16,424 nucleotides of DNA, from NCBI GenBank assembly GCA_964014485.1, contig CAXHAT010000176.1, forward strand, positions 1 through 16,424, read 5' to 3'. Below, in pieces: positions 7,688 through 14,223 of the stretch; the stretch's first letter is position 1; each line of letters opens with the position of its first letter. The position numbers were made by a program, and so were the translations under genes. The DNA comes from an uncultured Deferribacteres bacterium (GTDB taxonomy: Bacteria > Zhuqueibacterota > Zhuqueibacteria > Zhuqueibacterales > Geothermadaptataceae). The notes below the pieces were generated by a model, which saw only the letters and a list, made by a program, of their open reading frames with translations, did no database searches and had not been told where the DNA came from.

Positions 7688-9457
7688 TTACTCAGCCAAG
7701 CGCACGCCAAGCTCGGATAGTTGCGTCTCGTCAACGCTGCTCGGAGCTCCGTCCATAAGAGAAAGCGCGCTGTTTGTTTTCGGAAATGCGATCACGTCGC
7801 GGATCGATTTTCTTCCGGCCAAAAGCATAACCATGCGGTCGAAGCCGAAAGCGACGCCGCCGTGTGGAGGCGCGCCGTAGTCTAAAGCGTCAAGTAAAAA
7901 TCCGAATTTGTTTTTTGCCTCTTCAGCGTCGATGCCAAGCAAAGAGAACATTTTATTCTGCAATTCGCGCGTGTGAATCCTGATGCTGCCGCCGGCGATT
8001 TCGTTGCCGTTGAGAACCAGATCATAAGCTCTGGCGCGAGCGGCGCCCGGATCCGTTTCAAGTTTGTCAAGATCTTCTTCCATCGGCGAAGTAAACGGAT
8101 GATGAATGGCAATATAGCGCTGTTCTTCCTCGTCAAACTCCAACAATGGGAATTCAGTCACCCAGAGCAAGGAATGCTGATCTTCCGGGATAAGCTCTTC
8201 GTTTTTAGCAACTTGCAAACGAAGTTGTCCAAGCGACTCGTTGGCGACGGCCAGCGTATCCGCAACCATCAAAACCAAATCCCCGGAGACCGCATCGGCT
8301 TTTTGCAGAACGGCAGCGCGAATTTCTTCCGAGAAAAATTTTGTCAGATTGCTGTCCCAGTCGCTTTCGCCGACTTTGACGGCGACAAGCCCTTTGGCGC
8401 CAAAAGTTTTGACGAAATTCGTCAGCGTATCGATCTGCTTGCGTGAATAGCCAGCGCCGTTTTTGACAAGTATACCTTTAATCGCTCCGTTCCGCGCTAA
8501 ACAATCGTTAAAGACGCGAAATTCGCTCTCCAGAACCGTGTCTGAAAAATCGATCAACTCCATGCCAAATCGCAAGTCAGGCTTGTCGCTGCCAAATCGA
8601 TCCATGGCGTCGCGATAAGTCAGTCTCTGGAACGGCGCGTTTAATTCAACGCCCAGCGTTTCTTTAAATAACGTAACCATCAGTTTTTCGACCATGGAGA
8701 AAACTTCTTCCATGCCGACAAAACTCATTTCCACATCAATTTGCGTAAATTCAGGCTGACGGTCGGCGCGCAAGTCCTCGTCGCGAAAGCATTTGACGAT
8801 TTGAAAATAGCGGTCGTAGCCGGCGACCATCAATATTTGCTTATAAGTTTGCGGCGACTGGGGCAGCGCATAAAATTTCCCCTTCTGCACGCGGCTGGGC
8901 ACGAGAAAATCACGTGCGCCCTCGGGCGTGCTGCGCATAAGAATGGGCGTCTCAACTTCGACGAAACCATTTTCATCAAAATAACGGCGGACGATTTGGT
9001 AGACCTGGTGACGCAGTAAAATATTTTTTTGCATCGCCGGGCGGCGCAGATCGAGATAACGATATTTGAGCCGCAGATCTTCCGAGACGTCAATGCGGTC
9101 GAGAATTTCAAACGGCGGAGTTTGCGCTTCATTTAATATACGCAACTCTTGCGCATGAACATCGATTTCGCCGGTTGCCAGATTTTTGTTAATCATGCCT
9201 TCCGGTCGGCTTTCAACTTGACCCTTAATTGCGATGACAAATTCGCCGCGCAGCGCCTTTGCCTGCTGGTAAATTTCGCCGTCTTCAGGATTGAAAACGA
9301 TCTGAGTCAGGCCGTAGCGGTCGCGAAGGTCGATAAAAATGACGCCGCCATGATCGCGATTGCGATCCACCCAGCCGCAGAGCGTTGCTTCTTCGCCGAT
9401 GTTTTTTGCACTTAACTCGCCGCAAGTATGCGTTCTTTTTGTATAGTCAATCGTCAT
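7688..9457 (-). CDS. aspS: Aspartate--tRNA ligase (probably non-discriminating Asp/Asn type)
   Basis: Motifs RTHTCG, RDHGGVIFIDLRD, TPEGARDF, LPQSPQ, FRDEDLRADRQPEFTQ, GAD insert, GAPPHGG, IRDVIAFPK. Confidence 0.98.
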   Translation of the reverse strand: MTIDYTKRTHTCGELSAKNIGEEATLCGWVDRNRDHGGVIFIDLRDRYGLTQIVFNPEDGEIYQQAKALRGEFVIAIKGQVESRPEGMINKNLATGEIDVHAQELRILNEAQTPPFEILDRIDVSEDLRLKYRYLDLRRPAMQKNILLRHQVYQIVRRYFDENGFVEVETPILMRSTPEGARDFLVPSRVQKGKFYALPQSPQTYKQILMVAGYDRYFQIVKCFRDEDLRADRQPEFTQIDVEMSFVGMEEVFSMVEKLMVTLFKETLGVELNAPFQRLTYRDAMDRFGSDKPDLRFGMELIDFSDTVLESEFRVFNDCLARNGAIKGILVKNGAGYSRKQIDTLTNFVKTFGAKGLVAVKVGESDWDSNLTKFFSEEIRAAVLQKADAVSGDLVLMVADTLAVANESLGQLRLQVAKNEELIPEDQHSLLWVTEFPLLEFDEEEQRYIAIHHPFTSPMEEDLDKLETDPGAARARAYDLVLNGNEIAGGSIRIHTRELQNKMFSLLGIDAEEAKNKFGFLLDALDYGAPPHGGVAFGFDRMVMLLAGRKSIRDVIAFPKTNSALSLMDGAPSSVDETQLSELGVRLAE

Positions 9458-9594
9458 CTAAGATTTCCGTTTTTGGGCCGTTATTAAAAAATGAGCGCTT
9501 AATTTATCATTTTTTTTGCAAATGCAAACCTTTCCTTTTGCCTGTTTTGAGCTTGCTCTCTCCATTTTCCGGAAATTGCTTCTATTAATAACGC

Positions 9595-10212
9595 ATGTCT
9601 GCAAATCAATCAAAATGTGTTCTTTTTTGCGCGCTTTTCGCATTGTCCTGCGTGTCGAATTCCTTCGCTCAAACACAGGATAAAACTGACGGGCGGGTAA
9701 TCCGGGTTTACACGCTGGCCTATACTAACGATGAGAGCACCGGACGCGCCGTTTTCCCCGGAGCCGGCGTCGAACTTCAGATAAAACTTTCCCAAAACCT
9801 TCTGCTCGGTCTACCTTTTGATTTTGCGAGCTATCGCAGAACTTTGCGCTTGCAGAGCGGTGAGGTTGAACACGGACTCAAAACGTATCGCGCCGGTTTA
9901 AGCGTTATGTTGCAAAAACCAGCATTTTCAAGAATGAACTTTGAGGTCGCCGTCGACGGTCATGTCCTGATCATTCACTTCGAAGGCTTCGTTCTTGGGA
10001 ATTCGATGACCGGGAGCGTCAGACTTGCGGATCGCAGCGAATTGCAATTCTCTCCGGCGATTCGCTTGGGCGGCGCTTTGAGCTTAAAAAAAACGCTGGC
10101 AATGCATTTGCATTTCGGGCGGAGTTTTTGGCGGCTGGCGAACGAAAATGACAAAGGCTCGCATTGGTCGCCAGGCTCTCGCGTACAATTCGGTTTGACG
10201 TACCTCTTTTGA
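9595..10212 (+). CDS. Exported hypothetical protein, probable outer-membrane beta-barrel
   Basis: Signal peptide ending SFA, alternating beta-strand pattern, C-terminal VQFGLTYLF (BAM beta-signal-like). Confidence 0.65.
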   Translation: MSANQSKCVLFCALFALSCVSNSFAQTQDKTDGRVIRVYTLAYTNDESTGRAVFPGAGVELQIKLSQNLLLGLPFDFASYRRTLRLQSGEVEHGLKTYRAGLSVMLQKPAFSRMNFEVAVDGHVLIIHFEGFVLGNSMTGSVRLADRSELQFSPAIRLGGALSLKKTLAMHLHFGRSFWRLANENDKGSHWSPGSRVQFGLTYLF

Positions 10213-10221
10213 GTAGACTCC

Positions 10222-11019
10222 ATGCAAAACACTGGATCATGTCGAGACAGAATTTTTCGAACATCTTCGCCATTGATAAAAACAATGTTGGCAGGCTTGC
10301 TGACTCTTTTGACGCTTTCTTCAGAAATCCTTTTCGCGCAGCAAACATCAAAAACCGTTAAATTACCGACGGCGGTCACGCTTTACGAACTGCCTTCAAC
10401 CAAAAGCAGGCAAGTCGCCATGCTGCCGGCGGGAACGCACATTCGCATGATTCGCAAACGCAACGCATGGTTTCAGGTGGGCTTTGGCCGCAGACAAACC
10501 GGCTGGATGTTCTTGGGCGCGCGAAACGGCGCTGCGGCAAAAAATGCGGATCGGACGCCAAAACCCATTCGACAAACCTCACTTAACGCCGATGCACCGT
10601 TCCCTTCAAAAGGGGGGCTTTCTCTGTCGCTTGGATTTATGGGCGGCGATTTTTCTTACATCGGCAAGTTCCACTATTATAACATGCCAAACGGCGCTCT
10701 GGAAGGTTCTTTTCAATTCGTTGCCGGAAATACTTTAGCGCTTTATCCGATGGACATGAACTTCAAATTCTTCTGGCGCCGAATTAACACGTTCCGCAGT
10801 TACGTCAGCGCCGGATTTGGAATTATCACCAGCGTGCCGGTAAAATCAGCCGACGCCAAGTCAAGCTCGAATCTGTCATTCAATTACGGTTTGGGATTAC
10901 AAAAGCCGTTACAATCACGAACTTTTGTCAGAATTGATCTCCGCCAGTTTCTTGTTTTTGGCGATCAAAGCATTTTGAATTTTTTAGAACTCTCCGCCGG
11001 TTTGGGGATTTCGCTCTGA
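10222..11019 (+). CDS. SH3 domain-containing outer-membrane beta-barrel protein
   Basis: Bacterial SH3-like segment (LYELPSTKS...LPAGT...WFQV...TGW), a linker, then a barrel ending ELSAGLGISL. The true start may be downstream (about 10273-10285). Confidence 0.75.
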   Translation: MQNTGSCRDRIFRTSSPLIKTMLAGLLTLLTLSSEILFAQQTSKTVKLPTAVTLYELPSTKSRQVAMLPAGTHIRMIRKRNAWFQVGFGRRQTGWMFLGARNGAAAKNADRTPKPIRQTSLNADAPFPSKGGLSLSLGFMGGDFSYIGKFHYYNMPNGALEGSFQFVAGNTLALYPMDMNFKFFWRRINTFRSYVSAGFGIITSVPVKSADAKSSSNLSFNYGLGLQKPLQSRTFVRIDLRQFLVFGDQSILNFLELSAGLGISL

Positions 11020-11042
11020 GCTCATCAACCAGGAAAACACAC

Positions 11043-11588
11043 ATGCGAAAATGGACTTCCGCCTTATTCATTATTCTCATTTTTACAACTTTGGCCGAAG
11101 CGCAGCAGCCCAAACGGAAAGCCCCGCGTCTCCACGAAATCGCGCCGTTTCTCGGCTTTTATGCTCCGGATCGTTTCGAAACGTCGTTCACTTACGGGGC
11201 GCGCTACTATTACCGAATGAGCAGAAAAAACAGCGCGGGCGCGGTCATTGGCTTCGCAAAAGCGGGGCAGGATTTCTTTAGAAAATCCATCAACTTAGCG
11301 CCGGTTGCAGGGTCGGATCGCGTTATTTTTCATGCCGTTCGCTTTATGCGCACAATGATCGTTCGCAGCCGCATTCAGCCGTACATCACAACGCAGCTCG
11401 GCTTGACGAAGATGCACGACGAATACAATATGACGCTGGGTCTTGGGCTGGGAACGCGCGTGATCACCAAGAAGAAAACCACGTGGCGCTACGAGATTAT
11501 CTCGCACTTCTTTCGCAGCGGCGCGGACGTGACTTCCTGGACGAACAAGACCATTGAACTTGCGTTTGCGCTGGGCTTTTATTTGTGA
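11043..11588 (+). CDS. Outer-membrane beta-barrel domain protein
   Basis: AGGA RBS and signal peptide ending AEA. Segments EIAPFLG, YGARYYY, QPYITTQLG, LGLGLGTR and C-terminal IELAFALGFYL. Confidence 0.8.
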   Translation: MRKWTSALFIILIFTTLAEAQQPKRKAPRLHEIAPFLGFYAPDRFETSFTYGARYYYRMSRKNSAGAVIGFAKAGQDFFRKSINLAPVAGSDRVIFHAVRFMRTMIVRSRIQPYITTQLGLTKMHDEYNMTLGLGLGTRVITKKKTTWRYEIISHFFRSGADVTSWTNKTIELAFALGFYL

Positions 11589-11621
11589 GAATCGATGCTC
11601 ATTGAAAGCGATGAGCAATTC

Positions 11622-11637
11622 TGGCACAATGGTTGTA
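11622..11637 (+). promoter_or_regulatory. Putative sigma54 -24/-12 promoter for the downstream sRNA
   Basis: TGGCACAATGGTTGTA has an exact TGGCAC -24 box and GG-N10-GT spacing. The -12 box is TTGTA rather than TTGCA. Predicted +1 is about 11648. Confidence 0.6.
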
Positions 11638-12136
11638 TTAGTCTGGGCAGTTAGCGATTGACGACAGGACGTCGAGAATACGCTTGCGGGTTTTCAAGGA
11701 ATGAAAGCTCAACGGCTCGCTAAAAAACACTCTGACAGGACGTTGGAGAAAAATGAAACGACAAAATTGTAATTACAGAATTGTCGTTCAAAACAAAAAG
11801 CTTCCTGCAAGATGCGGGAGGCCGAAGCAGTGACATAGCTGGTCTGACTGCATCTCGCTTCGGTCAAAAACCAGGGATGTTTGATCCAGGGAATTCGGTG
11901 CAAGGACGCGCCGGGACATGCTTAGGACAGAGCATTGAAGTCGATTGCTCTTCAAGGATGAAGAGAAAGCGGGTGGAACTCTTTTCATCCGTCGCCGCAG
12001 GGAATGGCGGCGTTTTTCGAAGCAACCGACTGGTTCACGGGATCAAGCAAGAGGTCATGCCAGGGACAAGCAAAAACTTGACTTCAGGGATAGAAATTGG
12101 CCGTATTCATCAATGAAAGGCCAGCTATGTTTTTTA

Positions 12137-12204
12137 AGTAATTAGTTATTGGTAAATAGTGATTAGAACTGCTCACCAATAACTAATTACTAAACACTAT
12201 TTAC
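12137..12204. repeat. AT-rich heptamer tandem/inverted repeat element
   Basis: TAATTAG-TTATTGG-TAAATAG-TGATTAG, a spacer, then CCAATAA-CTAATTA-CTAAACA-CTATTTA. Includes a perfect 17-bp inverted repeat at 12137-12153/12175-12191. Confidence 0.8.
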
Positions 12205-12266
12205 TTATCCGCAGGGACGCGGTGTTTCGCTTCAAATCTCAGGGTTGAGATCAGTGTTAGGACAAA

Positions 12267-12295
12267 GCGCGCCAGGGATTTGGCGCGCATTTTTT
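12267..12295 (+). terminator. Intrinsic terminator of the putative sRNA (loop carries AGGGA)
   Basis: GCGCGCC-AGGGATTT-GGCGCGC followed by ATTTTTT. Confidence 0.7.
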
Positions 12296-12501
12296 CGCCG
12301 TAGATAACACTAAGGCTCATCCGAAAATAACTTTTCGGAGTTCGCTCATGTTTGCGACGGATTTGTCCGAAAAAAATGAAGAATAGCGAGTTATTCAGAG
12401 CTTTTTTTCGGGCAAAGACGGCGTGAAGGTGAGATGAAATCCGGGAAGGTATTTTTGGATGAACCGTAAGGTCGAGGAAAGACCAAAGAGGAGAAGACTC
12501 A

Positions 12502-12801
12502 ATGAAAGACCGCGTCACCAGTCGCGTCGATGTTATTGGTTTGGAAAACAGCCGCTCTTTTTGCACTCCGCATATTTCGCTTTTGGGCAGGCAAATTCTG
12601 AAATCGTTTCGTTTCGTTTTTGTCACCAGCGACAATCCTCTCTGTTACTTCAGGGATCATCAAACCATCATTATCAACCTTCCGTCACGACCAGAAAAAC
12701 CAAGTTCGTACCAAGCGTTAATCCCGAAAAATCAGCCGATCGTCATTGATGGGAAGCCAGAAGTTCCTTTCAGATTTGGCGATTGCTATCGTATCGAATA
12801 A
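12502..12801 (+). CDS. Hypothetical protein (99 aa)
   Basis: ATG with GAGGAG 8 nt upstream. No recognisable domain. Confidence 0.4.
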   Translation: MKDRVTSRVDVIGLENSRSFCTPHISLLGRQILKSFRFVFVTSDNPLCYFRDHQTIIINLPSRPEKPSSYQALIPKNQPIVIDGKPEVPFRFGDCYRIE

Positions 12802-13039
12802 ACAAACCTTGTCGCAACTGAATGATCAACCGTTTTGGGTTTGCGATATTTTATTTTGACGAACGATATGCTCTGGGAATAGACTGAAGTTTGAACTACG
12901 AGCGACAGCCGTTCTGCTTAAGGCTGAGCTGAAGGCATGCATCGTCGTTTGCAGTTCAAGCTTTAGCTTGCGAATAAAGGGCGTTTTCGGTCAATCGATC
13001 TGATTTATGCACCAAGGACAGGACATCTGGAAAACAGGC

Positions 13040-14188
13040 ATGTTAGCCCAGTTTACAAGCGTGATGAAGCGCGCTCTTTTGACTGCCGTCGTCTCGATTT
13101 TCGGCATAATGCAAAACAGTTTCGCCGAAGATAAATTTGGCCTTACGACGACGATTTTCAATGACAACAGCGGACTCGCCGTGCAAGCCCCGATGTTTCA
13201 GCTTGCGAAAGATTTGAGCGAAGTGAGCATCTTCTCCATGCACTTGCTCATTGACCGCGTCAACATCCCGCCTTTTCGCGGCATTTCCGGCGCGCCGGTT
13301 CCCACGGACGCCGTCACAGGCGCTTCCCGTCCTGCAACCGCCGATTCCGGCGACGGCTCTTTCATCAAAAGACGCAGTGAAGTTTTGGCGACCTGGACGT
13401 ATCGCAGGGCGGATTTTTCCGGCTACTACTCAGCGGAGAGCGATTATATCGGCAGGCTCGTTTCCGTCGGGATAAATAAAGATTATCTGCAAAAAAACAC
13501 CAATTTTGCCGTGCGGCTGGCCTACGGCTCCGATACGGTCAAGCCGACAGGCCGCGATTCAACGCTTTCCAAAACTTCGCTTTTGGGCAACGCCACGCTC
13601 ACCCAAACCTTGTCGAAAAAAACGATCATGCGTTTGGGGCTGGACATGTCGTACTCGGACGGTTTTCAATCCAATCCGTATCGCCTCGTTTCAGTCGGCG
13701 GCGGCAATTTCCCGGAGACGCATCCGCAAACGCGCATTCGCGTCGCGGGCTTTGCCAAGCTTAACACCTACATTAAATCGATGGACGCGGCGCTGTGGTT
13801 TGACTATCGCTTGTACGGCGATGATTGGGGCGTGCGCTCTCATGCGCTGGGCGTGAAGTTTTACCAAAACATGTCGAAGCGCTTGTTGATGCGTTACCGC
13901 TACCGTTTCTACACGCAGAGTCAGGCGTATTTTTACCAGGACGTCTATTCGATTACGCAAACGCCGACGTTTTTCACCGGCGACTACAAATTGATGCATT
14001 TTCATTCACATATTTTCGGCGTGAAAGCCGTCTATCATGCGCCGTTTTTGGAGCGTTGGCTCCGTTTCGCGACTGATCCTGAGCTGAGCGTGAAGTACGA
14101 GAGATTTTTCACTTCAGAAAATTTCGCCTTTACTACAGCCAATTTCGGCGCGAATATTTTACAAATCGGCGTTTCGTTTGGATACTAA
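13040..14188 (+). CDS. DUF3570-family outer-membrane beta-barrel protein with putative flavinylation motif
   Basis: Family-like motifs DAVTGAS, SAESDY, GFQSNPYR, DYRLYGDDWG, RYRFYTQSQAYFY, GDYKL. Signal peptide MKRALL...SFA and C-terminal Tyr. Start uncertain (13007, 13040 or 13064). Confidence 0.85.
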   Translation: MLAQFTSVMKRALLTAVVSIFGIMQNSFAEDKFGLTTTIFNDNSGLAVQAPMFQLAKDLSEVSIFSMHLLIDRVNIPPFRGISGAPVPTDAVTGASRPATADSGDGSFIKRRSEVLATWTYRRADFSGYYSAESDYIGRLVSVGINKDYLQKNTNFAVRLAYGSDTVKPTGRDSTLSKTSLLGNATLTQTLSKKTIMRLGLDMSYSDGFQSNPYRLVSVGGGNFPETHPQTRIRVAGFAKLNTYIKSMDAALWFDYRLYGDDWGVRSHALGVKFYQNMSKRLLMRYRYRFYTQSQAYFYQDVYSITQTPTFFTGDYKLMHFHSHIFGVKAVYHAPFLERWLRFATDPELSVKYERFFTSENFAFTTANFGANILQIGVSFGY

Positions 14189-14223
14189 CCAGCGGTCGCA
14201 ATAACGGGAACAGGAGGTTTCTC

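Larger units (their letters stand above)
11648..12295 (+). ncRNA. Putative CsrB/RsmZ-like CsrA-sequestering small RNA
   Basis: About 16 AGGA/AGGGA/AAGGA/CGGGA motifs, most in 5-9 nt hairpin loops, e.g. CTCTTC-AAGGAT-GAAGAG and CCGC-AGGGAC-GCGG. Promoter upstream, terminator downstream, no credible ORF. Confidence 0.72.

Noticed and set aside
11709..12145. Short ORFs 11709-11903, 11781-12116, 11788-11988 and 11945-12145
   Set aside because: Weak starts, no RBS or domain. They overlap the GGA hairpin array, which is better explained as RNA structure.
11650..12300. CRISPR array or riboswitch as explanation of the repeated motifs
   Set aside because: The repeats are only 5-7 nt with irregular spacing, no cas genes are present, and I recognise no riboswitch consensus.
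12201..12749. ORFs 12201-12635 (-) and 12459-12749 (+)
   Set aside because: No convincing RBS or protein-like composition. They overlap RNA hairpins and the better-supported ORF at 12502.
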